The notes under the pieces are model-generated. The model was not told the origin of the DNA, did no database searches, and was given only the letters and a program-made list of their open reading frames with translations. This document shows positions 37,567 through 49,118 of a stretch of DNA of 64,000 nucleotides, in pieces. This DNA comes from Octopus vulgaris (taxonomy: Eukaryota). The first letter of the stretch is position 1; each line of letters opens with the position of its first letter. The stretch covers positions 144,026,001 through 144,090,000 of the forward strand of contig OX597817.1 of NCBI GenBank assembly GCA_951406725.2, written 5' to 3'. A program made the position numbers and the translations under genes.

Positions 37567-39075
37567 GAGTTACATAGAGTTGGAGAATTTAAATGTAGCT
37601 TTGTAAGTAACACTGCAAATTCACATCAATATATTTCATGAACACTATATAAAAGAAGTGTCAGTCATTATTATTATTATCATCATTATTATTATTATTA
37701 TTATTCGGATTGTTTAGATTAAATTTGACATAAGACAACCTTGGTGCAACACGACAGTAATTTCCCACTTCTTTTGCAACCTTGGTCTGTTGGTGGTCTG
37801 ATGAAGCTGTCAGAAATTGTGTTATCTCATTGTTGGCATTAAGCCCAAGGTAGTGATCTGTTAATTCAATAAAAATAGAATTTACTGTGATGTTAATGAG
37901 ATTTGTCGAAGCTTCAGTGGTCTTTGATTTTGCGAAGATTCTTGATTCTGTTGTCAAAGGAGTTTGTCTTATTTAGCCACTTTCCAAAGTATTTAGAAAT
38001 ATACTATGACAGCACAAATGATCTCTCTCTTTCTCTCTCTCACACACACACACTTTGATGTCTATCTTTGATGCTAGTATGGGTTGAATGGTTGGATAGG
38101 ATCTGATGGGTTGGTCGATTGCAAAACAGACATTCTCCAATGTCTGTTTTGGATTGGTTTATATGACTGACTGCCTCTTCCTAATGTTGTTCACTTTACA
38201 GTGTGTACTGGAGTGAAAACAATCCATACCTGTAATTCTGAAGGGTCAGCCTTGTCACATTCTGTGTCATGCTGAATCTTCCTGGGAACTACATTAACCC
38301 TTTTGTTACCAACCCGGCTGAAACCACCTCTGGCTCTGAGTACAAATGTCTTGCTTTCATATGTTTTGAATTACAATCTTCCACCAAACCTTAGTCACAA
38401 TTTATGTTCCTAACTGAATGATAACTAAGTTATTTTGCTAAATTCTTTGTTATATTTAAAGTAATTGAAAGAAATACAGAGCATCTCAACAGAAAATGCA
38501 GTAATGAAAGGATTAAGGTTATGCATGTCTGTGGAGTCCTCAGCCATTTACATGCTAATTTCCCGGGCAGGCTTGTTCTGTTGATCAAACCAACTGGAAC
38601 ACTTGTAATCCTTGAAACCAACGAAGTTGGTTACAAGGATTACATAGTTTTGCAAGCTGCTTGGCAACCCCACAAGTGCTGGTGACACAAAAAACAAAAC
38701 AAAATAATATCCAGTACATGCTACAAAGTGGTTGGTGTCAGGAAGGCCATTCAGCTGCATAGACTTTGTCGAAGTAGACAGGATGTAGTCCTTGGGCCTG
38801 TTAGATCTACCTAATTGTCCAACCTGTGCCAGCATGGAGCAGGGTGATTAAATGGTGACAACGATGGCACACAAGTGTTTGCTATGTACATCACCGTTAT
38901 CATCTTCATCAGTTAGCATCTGTTTTCCATGCCAGCATGTGGACGGATTGCTGGACAGGAGCTGGCAAGGCCAGAGGCTTCACCAGGTTACGTAATCGGT
39001 TTTGGCTTGGTTTCTACAGCTGGATGCCCTTCCTAATGCCAACTACTTAACAGAAGGTACTGGACACATGTTACA

Positions 39076-39382
39076 TGGCACCAGTGCCTTTTATGTGACA
39101 CCAGCACCAATGCCTTTTACGTGGCACCAGCACCTTTTACGTGACACCAGCACCAGTGCCTTTTACATGACACCAGCACCAGTGCCTTTTACGTGACACC
39201 AGCACCAACACCTTTTACGTGACACCAGCACCAACACCTTTTACGTGACACCAGCACCAGTGCCTTTTACGTAACACCAGCACCAGTGCCTTTTATGTGG
39301 CACCAGTGCATTTTACATGGCACCAGCATCAGTGCTTTCTATGTGACACCAGCACCCACACAAATGCTTTTTTATGTGACAC
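39076..39382. repeat. About 26-bp minisatellite GTGACACCAGCACCAGTGCCTTTTAC
   Basis: Roughly 11-12 variable copies. Confidence 0.9.
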
Positions 39383-39975
39383 CTTGGTTTTAGAACATAA
39401 AAGTGCATGTCCTGTCGACATGCATGCACATACACAGGCCTATACACACACGTAACCAAACACTTCACATTTTTAGACGTCAAAAGTCAAGTATCCCTGC
39501 AAGCAACTATCTCGGGCCAAATGCCATTTTAATCTACCCCCCTCTCTTTCTCTTTTTCTTTCCTCTCTCTCTCTCCCTCTGTCTTTCTTTCTTTCTCTTA
39601 CCCTTCCAGGTTTCATTGAAATTGTGTTGAATCATGATGAATAGAAAAATTGGTTTACGTGTGTGTGTGTGTGTGTGTGAGGCAAGTGGTTTAATGCGAA
39701 GACTTTGGGTATTGTATTTTCATGAGAGAATAATATCTGTTTCATTTGTATCTGATGTGCTATCATGGACATTTTTATTTTTCATATATAAGTGACAAAT
39801 ACGTTTCATATTGTCAGCCAATGTCATCTCATCAACTGTAAACTATTATTGATAACAAAACAGTCAGAGAAAAGAATGGGGGTGGTGGTGGGAACGAGGA
39901 ATTATTTTATTTATTTATTCATTGTATATCTCTTCTCTCTGTCTGTCGGTCTGTCTGTCTCTCTTTTTGGAGTTT

Positions 39976-40010
<35 letters not shown>

Positions 40011-40129
40011 CACTTGCTATTTGGTGATTGAAAACTGCAATATTATCTCTGAATAGGAATGTGATGTGAAGTGAGGATAGATGAGTAGGTAGGGGTGGCT
40101 GGATGGGAAGGCTTTAGTGGCAGTGACCA

Positions 40130-40455
40130 TTATTTGCCGCCACTGCCAATACTGTCGTCATCATCATGATTGCAGTCATTGCCATCCCCTCCACCACCAC
40201 TCACACCATTGCCATCATGAATACCATCATCATCAACACCACCACCATCACTCACACCACCACCATCACTCACACTACCACCATCACTCACACCACCACC
40301 ATCACTCACACCACCTCCATCATCACCACCCTTATCGGTCACCTCCGTCATCATCACCTTCATTATCATCACCACCACAGCCACTACCACCACTACTACC
40401 ATCGCCACAACTACTACCACCACCACCACCACCACTGTCATAATCCTCATCATTG
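40130..40455. repeat. (CAC/CAT)n cryptic microsatellite
   Basis: Direct observation. Confidence 0.92.
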
Positions 40456-43034
40456 CTGGTAGAATTTACTGTTAAATAACATTTCTCATCTGGGTTTTCC
40501 AACCATCGCTCTATTACCAAATTTCCGTCTGACACCTAATTCTAAAAACCATTAATTTCCTCATAATCAGTAAATGATTGATTGATTTTAAATGAGAGGA
40601 TTGTGGTTATTTTTCTTTCTTTCAATTTAAAGAAAATTCTTTTTTCTTAAAAATATTTTTTCTCTCATTAATCTTGGATGTCTGCTGAAAGTTGGTGACA
40701 TCCCAACAGAAATCCATTCTCTGGATCTAACTTTGCTTTCCTTGGAAGAACAAACACTAAATGCTTCAGCAAAAGCCCTCTAGGTCAGTGTCTTGTAAGT
40801 TAGAATTTTAATATGCTCCCACCCACTGCATTAAACATGTTAACACTAACTTAACTGTTATTCTTCATGCAGATGGTGCCTTGTTTCTATGTAACCATTA
40901 TACAATCTCATGTATTTACTTTGTTATGCTCCATTACTACAAAAGCTAGTTTTGTGAAGTGTATGCGTCTCTGGTGAGGTCATAATAAGCTTGAAATATG
41001 TCTAGAGGTATCATATATGTTTTGAAATAATTATTTCAGATTTTTGCCACAAGGACAGCTTGGTGGAGGTGGGAATGAGTTAATTACATTAACCCCGAAA
41101 AGATGAAGGGCAAAATCAACCTCGGCAGAATTTGAGCTCAGAACATAAAGGCGAATGAAATGCCACAAAGCATAATGATTCTGTCAGTTTGTCGCTTTAT
41201 TGAAATAATAAAAATTATTACTTAGCCTACACCAGTGTCACATAACCAGCCCATTTAAAAAGTACCCTTGAATCATCGGGCGACATTCCATGCTTGAGGA
41301 GACCTATTGAGTCAAGTAAAATCACAATCAAATGGAAATTGTAGTTGTGGCCGATGCCAGTGCCACCTGACTGGCTTCCGTACTGGTGGCACACAATAAG
41401 CACCAGTCATGCGTGGGTCATTGCCAGTACCTCCTGACTGGCTCCCATGTTTGTGGCACACAATAAGCACCAGTCATGCGTGGGTCATTGCCAGTGCCTC
41501 CTGACTAGCACCCATGCTGGTGGCACACAAAAAGCACCATCTGAATGTGTTTGATGCCATCCCCCCACCTCGACTGGCTCCTGTGCCGGTAGCATGTAAA
41601 AAGCACCATCTGAACATGTCCGATGCCAGTACCCGCTGACTGGCTCATGCCAGGGGCATGTGAAAAGCAACCACTACACTCTTGGAGTGGTTGGCATTAC
41701 GAAAGGCATCCAGCTGTAGAAACACTGCCAGATCAGATTGGAGCCCGGTGCAGCTTCCTGGCTTGCTGGTCCCCTGTCAAACCGTCTGATGATGATGATG
41801 ATGATGATGATGATTACATTTGTTGCAGTTGTCTAACCCATGCTAGCATAGAAAAATGAACGACTCTTTAATGTTTCTCATATAAGATATCTTAGCACTA
41901 ACTTAACTATTGTTTTACTGGTGTAGGTTTTTATTATCTTTCTGGGTTAGACATTTTATTTTAATCTTCTCAATAAATTTCTCTGGAGAATTTGTTATCA
42001 AAATTTTCAAGAAACTTATCTTCTGTGAACTAATATCTTATGCAAGCCTAGTGGTTCATCTCTCATCGGTTTTCTGCTATGAAATTTTCTTTTTCTTTTT
42101 TCCTACCAATATTTGATAAACATGATGACCATATCTTCTTCACAAAGTGAAGATTGCATAATAAGTAGTTTGTTTTGGTTCCTTTTAGTTTTACTTCTCA
42201 GAATCAGAAAATAGTTCTGGCTTCAAATGCTACTAAAATTATACAAACATACTTTATGCAGAATTTACCAATCTCTCCCTCCCTCCCTCTCCATTTCTCT
42301 TTCTCTCCGTCTCTCTCTCTCTCCGTCTCTCTCTCCTCTCTCTCTCTCTCACACACACACACACAAGGAGTGAACAGCATTTAGATTACAGCCATCTTCA
42401 TCATTGTCTTCATTATTTAATGTCCGTATTCTGCTCTGGCATGAAATGGGACAGAATCTAACATGTCATATCTATGTTGCACTCTTAATTTCTCATGTAT
42501 ACTGATGGGGACATCAGATATACTGTTGGTTGAATTTCAGGAAGCCTGGAAGCCCTGAAGGATTCAGTGTCCCGACACCCATCCACTGGTAGTTTATCTA
42601 TGCTTCAACAATTCTTAGCTTTAGAAAATGTTCCTGAAAGCCATGGGTGCTGTGTTTTTTATTAATTTTGTCAGCATGTCCACAGGTGATAAACAGTTGT
42701 TGAAACACACCGCCTTTGTTTCAATCTATTTAAAAAATACATGATGGATTTAGTAAAATAATTGCCATTATTAAGCAGGTGTTTAGAACACAAATGAAAA
42801 TTAAATTTTGATGAAAGGTTTTAATTTAGATCTTTAAGACAGAAAGTTTGTATCATAAATCTAGAAGTGGTCTTAGGCAAGTTGGTATGGAATGGTTTAA
42901 AGAGATTGATCAGCTGTGAACTCGTTTTTTGGGGATTTAATTCTGAGATATAATTGACCGACTGATGAAAGCTTTGGTCTACAGTGCTGAGTATTGTTCA
43001 TTCAAACTTGTTGTGCTTTCTAAGATGGTATTTT

Positions 43035-43427
43035 GATCTTTTCGCTTTGACCGTCAGATTTTTAAAATAATTTCTTTGTAACTAAACACTTTTAAACTTT
43101 GTATACTGGTAGTGTGTTACATAAAACATCTTTTTCTCTTGGCTTTCTTGAGAAAATTCTGTAGTTTGTAAGCTATTTGTTGTTTAATTTCTTGCATTTC
43201 GGCAATTTCAACCAATCAATGACGTCTATTGAGGTGAATACAATATCTGCCGTATTTTGCCGAAATACAAGAAATTAAACAACAAATAAGCTTACAAACT
43301 ACAGAATTTTCTCAAGAAAGCCAAGAGAAAAGATGCTCTATAAACACACTACCAGTATACGAAGTTTAAAAGTGTTTAGTTACAAAGAAATTATTTTAAA
43401 GGTCTGCCGGTCAAAGTGAAAAGATCC
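43035..43427. mobile_element. Mutator-like foldback MITE (about 170-bp inverted arms)
   Basis: GATCTTTTC...GAAAAGATCC; perfect 9-bp TSD TGGTATTTT at 43026-43034 and 43428-43436. Confidence 0.88.
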
Positions 43428-44517
43428 TGGTATTTTGTATTGTCTCAATTTGGCTGGGGAAATAAAAGCAGATGCTATTTCTTCTATCTTTTGCTTGTTT
43501 CAGTCATTAGACTGCAGCCATGCTGGGGCACCATCTTGTAGAATTATTTTTTAGTTGAATGAACAGTAAAAAGGACTGGGGATGGTTCCATGTCGAAAGC
43601 ATCCAATACACTCTGGAGTGGTTGGCATTAGGAAGGGCATCCAGCTGTAGAAACAGTGGAAACCTGGTATGGCTCCTGTCCTCACCAGCTCCTATCAATC
43701 TGTCCAAACCATGCCAGCATGGAAAATGGATGTTAAATGATGATGATGATGAATTGACCTGAGTGTTTATTTTCTCTTTTAAGCCTGGTACTTATTCGGT
43801 CGGTCTCTATTTGCTGAACCACTAAGTTACGGGGACATGGACACACCAGCACCAGTTGTCAAGTAGTAGTAGTGGGGGACCGACAGACACACACACACAC
43901 ATACACTCGCACACATGCATCCACCCACACACACAACAGGCTATCTACCAAATCCACTCACATGGCTTTGGTCAGCTTGAGAGTATAGTAGAAGACTTGC
44001 CCAAGGTGCCACTTAGCAGACTGAACCCAGAACCATGTAACTTAGCAGTTCAGCAAAAGAGACTGATAGTATAAGTACTAGGCTTACAAAGAATTAGTCC
44101 TGGGGTTGGTTTGTTCGACTAAAGGCGGTGCTCCAGCATGGCTGCAGTCAAATAACTGAAACAAACAAAAGAATAAAAGAATGATTGTTTTAATTTAGAC
44201 CACTTTAAAACAGTTTGTATCACAGCAGCGAGAGTGGTCAGTCTTAGGTGGCCTGGCAGCGAAAAAGATTAACTTGTCTGCTATTTAATTTATTTATCTC
44301 AACTAAAATTTGGATTTAACAAAGTCAGTTCCAACAATAATATTTTTGGAAATAGGACACCCAGACTTTTTTTCCTTCAAAAATTCCGTAATAATTAACT
44401 AATCTTTTTACAATAGTTTTAAATTTCATTAAATTGGTTTTGATATTGATTTTGCTTTGATTTTGTTTTTTCTTCTTTTTTGCATTATTAATTATGAATT
44501 ATTTTCCATTTTTGCAG

Positions 44518-44662
44518 CCGAAAGTTGTCTTCAACCAAGTCCGATGGCTCAACTTACAAGAATACCAAAGCAAAATGTTAATGGCCGACTATGGCATTAA
44601 CGTACAAAAGAACTGTGTTGCTGACACTGCTAAGAATTCTAGTTCTTTAGCCAAGAGTCTCA
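44518..44662 (+). CDS. SUCLG2: SUCLG2 exon 2 (PKVVFNQVRWLNLQEYQSKMLMADYGINVQK...AKSL)
   Basis: tttgcag acceptor, A|GTGAGT donor (phase 1); WLNLQEYQSK is the N-terminus of mature GDP-forming SCS beta. Confidence 0.95.
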
Positions 44663-45137
44663 GTGAGTTTTATCTTTATCTTTTACCTGTTGTGTGTGAT
44701 GGAACCTTTTTTTTTTAATTTTTGGCTCTATAGTGGGGTGAAGGCATGTGGTGTAGTGGTTAGGGTGTTACACTCAAGATTGCAAGATAGAGGTTTCGAT
44801 TCCTAGACTAATCAGTGCATTGTGTTCTTGAGTAAAACCCTTCATTTGATGTTGCTCTTGTTCACTCAACTGCCAGTGAGTAACCCTGTGATGGACTGGA
44901 GTTTTGTAAATAACCAAATCCAGGCCTGTGAGTCCTAGGATTCAGGGCTTAATTTACTTTAGGGGACTAATTTATTTTTTGTTTTTACTAAGGTTGAAGT
45001 AATGATGCTGGTTATTTGAAATTTTGTCATAAACATTTTTGCCATAGGAAAATTCGTCTTAACAAATTTTTAAATGACCTCATCATGTTTTTTTAACCCT
45101 TTAGCATTCAGCTTTCTCTGTCAAATGTAAAGCTTAT

Positions 45138-45487
45138 TTATTACCTCTGCCTAAGCAAAGGTGGAGGTATTGTTTTCGGTCATGTTTGTTTGTCCGTGGA
45201 CAAAATATCTCAAGAACCACTAGATGGATTCGGATGAAACTTTCAGGGATGTCTAGCCTTGTGACTGGCACAAACTAATTAGATTTTGGGATTATTCCAG
45301 CACTGGACAAAGATTCTGGATTATTTTTCTGGTTTTTTAACTTAATTTTTGCGAGCAGTCAGGTTCATTTTTAGTATTCTCGTTTGTGAGAGCAGTTGAG
45401 TTTATTTCAGATATTCTCATTTAAAAATCATCTCTAGTTAATTGTTGAGAGGTCATTGGTGTTGCCTTGGCGGAGGTTTGTGCTCTT
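45138..45487 (+). mobile_element. Helentron-associated (HINE/DINE-1-like) element
   Basis: TTATTACCTCTGCC...TTGGCGGAGGTTTGTGCTCT ends; GTTTGTCCGT tract. Confidence 0.6.
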
Positions 45488-45603
45488 GTTCGTATTATTT
45501 TCAATTAATCATGCATTATCTTGTAGCTTCAAGAAATTTGATGAGGTGATTGTTTATATCTGGAATATCATTGGAAGGAATGTTTTTTAATACATTATTA
45601 TTA

Positions 45604-45832
45604 TTAACCCTTTTGTTACTAACCCGGCCAAAACCGGCTCTGGCTCTGTGGTAAAATGTCTTGTTTTCAGAAGTTTTGAATTAAAATATTCCACCAATCC
45701 TTAGTCACAATTTACGTTCCTAACACTAGCTTAATGATAACTAAGTTATTTTACTAAATTCTTTGTTATATTTAAAATTAATTGAATGAAACACAGAGCA
45801 TCTCAAAATAAATACAGTAACGAAAGGGTTAA
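45604..45832. mobile_element. piggyBac-like MITE
   Basis: TTAACCCTTTTGTTAC...GTAACGAAAGGGTTAA. Confidence 0.78.
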
Positions 45833-45919
45833 TATAAGGAAATTAATATCAAAACTCCACAGAAAGATATTTTTATACAGGTATATCTTTCTGAGGAGTT
45901 TTGATATTAATCTCCTTAT

Positions 45920-45950
<31 letters not shown>

Positions 45951-46755
45951 TATTATTAAAAAATATATATGTATATATCGCTCGTATTAAATATATTAAT
46001 ACTTTAATAGTATTAATACTTTGATACAATTGAGCACTCAATATAAATTCAGTATTCGAGCGAGGTCGTCACCAGTGCCGTTGGACTGGCTCCTGTGCAG
46101 GTGGCACATAAAAAGCACCATTCTGGCGTGGCCGTTGCAGTACCACCAAACTGGCCCTCGTGCCAGTAGCACGTAAAAGCACCCACTACACTCTCAGAGT
46201 GGTTGGCGTTAGGAAGGGCATCAGGTTGTAGAAACTCTGCCAGATCAGATTGGAGTCTGGTTTGCCAGACCTCAGTCAAATCGTCCAACCCATGCTAGCA
46301 TGGAAAGCGGATGTTAAATGATGATGATGATGATGATGATGAATATTCTCATTGAATATATTTAACTAAAGATTGGAAGGTATGTGTGAGAAGCCGGATC
46401 TGACCAGTTTGAACATAAAACAAGTAGAATATTTGGACTAGATTTGGCCAGTTTAAATACTAAAGGTTAATGTTTGACGTTGAATAAAGACTTACCAATT
46501 TAATGCTTTTTATAAAACCTTTTTATCAGTCTTTCTATTTTATTTCAAAAATGCTGATATAATAAATCTAATCATTGTCCATAAAGTGAATTTATCTTAT
46601 CGGGAATTTTCTTATATTATGGCGAAATTTCTTATGGTGAATTTTCTGTACATGAATGGTGCTGTATCTTGCTGCCTGTTTGTGAAACCATCTTCTTTAT
46701 TCTTGCACTAAAGACGAAATAAATGAAGAATGTATGTTTTCTGCTTTCTTTATAG

Positions 46756-46858
46756 ATTGTAAAGAATATGTTGTGAAAGCTCAGATATTGGCTGGTGGCC
46801 GTGGTAAAGGTGTCTTTCAACCAAATGGCTTTAAAGGAGGTGTCCATTTAACGAAAGA
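46756..46858 (+). CDS. SUCLG2: SUCLG2 exon 3 (NCKEYVVKAQILAGGRGKGVFQPNGFKGGVHLTK)
   Basis: tttatag acceptor, GA|GTAAGT donor; conserved ATP-grasp KAQILAGGRGKG motif; phases fit exons 2 and 4. Confidence 0.97.
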
Positions 46859-47207
46859 GTAAGTATTATGTGTCACTTTTCAAAGTTCCTGCTCTAATTC
46901 TTTCTCTCTCTCCATTTCTGACAAACAAATTGTCTGTCTGTTGATCAATTTGATTATCTCAAGTGCCTTGTGGTTGTGAAAATATTGGTTGGTCAATGTT
47001 CTGTTTGTATGTTGATAAAATTTGATTGCCATACCAGACTGCTTCCATGGACAACTAATTGCAACAAAGGATTTCAGAGTAGATTTTCTCTCTCTGTCTC
47101 TCTCTCCTCCCCCCTTCTCTCTCATTCACTCCCTCCCAATCTGTTTTTAGAGTCAATGATTTGGAATGGTCTGTTCTCTTCTAAAACAAATTATTAAGCA
47201 AGAAAGC

Positions 47208-47370
47208 TTTCTTCTTCTTCTTCTTCTTCTTCTTCTTCTTCTTCTTCTTCTTCTTCTTCTTCTTCTTCTTCTTCTTCTTCTTCTTCTTCTTCTTCTTCTT
47301 CTTCTTCTTCTTCTTCTTCTTCTTCTTCTTCTTCTTCTTCTTCTTCTTCTTCTTCTTCTTCTTCTTCTTC
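47208..47370. repeat. Pure (CTT)n microsatellite, about 54 units
   Basis: Direct observation. Confidence 0.98.
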
Positions 47371-47652
47371 CATGGATTCACATGAAGTTTTAGGAGAATG
47401 TTAAAAACGACAGTTCTATTTGTCGAAACTGCCTTTCTTCATTGTTTTTGTTGAAGTTAAAATTAATTAGTAATTGAGGAAAGTTTGGAAGTTAGTAATC
47501 ATTGATAATCGACTGAAATGAATATTAATTAATGAACAAAGGAAATCCAGTATTTATTGGTAGCTGCAGTATTTATTGGTAGCTGCATACTAATCATTGG
47601 TAAATAAAGTCATCATCACCATTTTCCAATGTCCATCTTCCCTGCTGGCATG

Positions 47653-47972
47653 CAGTAGTGGACTGGCCAGGTTGCCAGCTTGCCTGATGGCAAGTGGGCC
47701 CCTGCGCCATTAGAATCCATATATGGGGGCCCATGTTAGTATCAAACCCATCCCCTCAAGTTTGAAAATTTTTTATTCACTCCTGGAAGAATGCATTAAT
47801 TATTTCAGCCTGGCTGTGTTTGAAGACAGTTGAAAAGGATGATTTTAACAAAAAAAAAAAACAAGAAAAACAAAAAACGATAGCATTGTAGTTGTGGGTG
47901 AACCCCCTTGTAGTTGCAGGTGGGCCCCTTAGTCTCCTGGCAACCAATACTTTTTGACCCAGTCTGCCACTG
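47653..47972. mobile_element. hAT-like MITE remnant
   Basis: CAGTAGTGGACTGG...CCAGTCTGCCACTG, internal GGGCCC motifs; no clear TSD. Confidence 0.5.
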
Positions 47973-48057
47973 GTTACGTGTCTTGCCTTTGACCATATCA
48001 TCTGTTAAATAATTATTTATTTTAAATTAATGTCCAAATATATCCCTTTCATTGCAG

Positions 48058-48148
48058 TTTAAACAAAGTTGAGGAATTGGTTGGGAAAATGTTAGGTAAT
48101 AACTTGATCACCAAACAAACATCAACATCGGGTGTAAAAGTTACTAAG
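48058..48148 (+). CDS. SUCLG2: SUCLG2 exon 4 (DLNKVEELVGKMLGNNLITKQTSTSGVKVTK)
   Basis: ttgcag acceptor, AAG|GTGAGT donor; conserved MLG..LITKQT...G motif. Confidence 0.95.
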
Positions 48149-48832
48149 GTGAGTAGATGATTATTTTCACCTGTGATGCTAATTAATAATAATGTTGTTG
48201 ACTCTGGTTGTCAATGTTTTTATTAGGTAAGCAAGATTGCCACCTGGTTAAAGTAGTGGGATGGTTACTTCACTGCCATTATTCCATTACTACATTGCTG
48301 CCCTAGATGGAGCAATTTTTGTTGTGAAAATACAATGACAGTTAATTATGGATTAAATTTATTTTCCAATACCTCAGATCAGTTAATTCTTGTGACAAGG
48401 TATCGGAACATTCAATTGTCCTTAGTTGTGCTAACTTTTGAAACCAGTTACCAGATCATCTAGTTGTCTTAGTTTAGATAATTCCTGAGAGTAGCTATCA
48501 GATCATCTGGTTACCCTCAGTTCACCTAACTCTTAAAGACTATGTACCAGATAATCTGATTGCCTCAGGTTACCCAATACTTGACAGCAGCTACCATATC
48601 ATCCAGTAAGTATTGCAAACTTGACTTTATCTTGTCATTTTATTCCGTATGAGATTTATCTTTATTTACTCAGACATTATGTAATGGTGCAGGCATGGCT
48701 GTGTGGTAAGAAGCTTGCTTCTCAACTACCTGGTTCTAGGTTCAATCCCACTGCCTCGGGCCAACCAAAGCCTTGTGAGTGGATTTGGCAGGCAGAAACT
48801 GGAAGAAAAAGAATTACAATGAGAAATGTTAT

Positions 48833-49118
48833 AGTTCTATATTTAAGAGACGAATAATTATGTACATTATTTACATTTGATGGTTAAGAGCGCAGGCTAC
48901 TAACCCCAAGATTCTAAGTTCGATTCCAGGCAGTGACCTGAATAATAATAATAATAATGATAATAATAATATCGAAAAATACCTTAGGAATGAGAACCCA
49001 GGTTCGAAATTTCCCCAAGACACCTGAAGAAGGCTGGAGGGTATATCAGCCGAAACATTGTGTTAACAACAAACTAGATGAGGACAAATATCTGTCAAAT
49101 GTAAATAATGTAAATAAT
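48833..49118 (+). mobile_element. Second copy of the tRNA-headed hammerhead element, preceded by an inverted copy of its own 3' end (48833-48880)
   Basis: TGGTTAAGAGCGCAGGCTACTAACC...GTTCGATTCC, (AAT)n, GACAC-CTGAAGA-AGGCTG..CAGCC-GAAACATT-GTGTT; homologous to 32334-32667. Confidence 0.75.
49019..49064 (+). ncRNA. Minimal hammerhead ribozyme motif
   Basis: GACAC CUGAAGA A GGCUG-loop-CAGCC GAAA CA UU GUGUU; perfect 5-bp stem II. Confidence 0.65.

Noticed and set aside
37661-37957. 98-aa minus-strand ORF as a nested gene
   Set aside because: No recognisable domain, non-ATG start, ends in an (AAT)n microsatellite
39076-39382. CRISPR-like repeat array
   Set aside because: No unique spacers, eukaryotic context, no cas genes; a minisatellite derived from an RTE UTR motif
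40117-40535. His/Thr/Gly-rich ORFs
   Set aside because: (CAC/CAT)n microsatellite open in several frames; no splice or homology support
47166-47393. poly-Leu / poly-Lys ORFs
   Set aside because: (CTT)n tract
48440-48606. Repeat-spacer-like periodicity
   Set aside because: The 'spacers' resemble each other and the repeats are degenerate; an old tandem repeat
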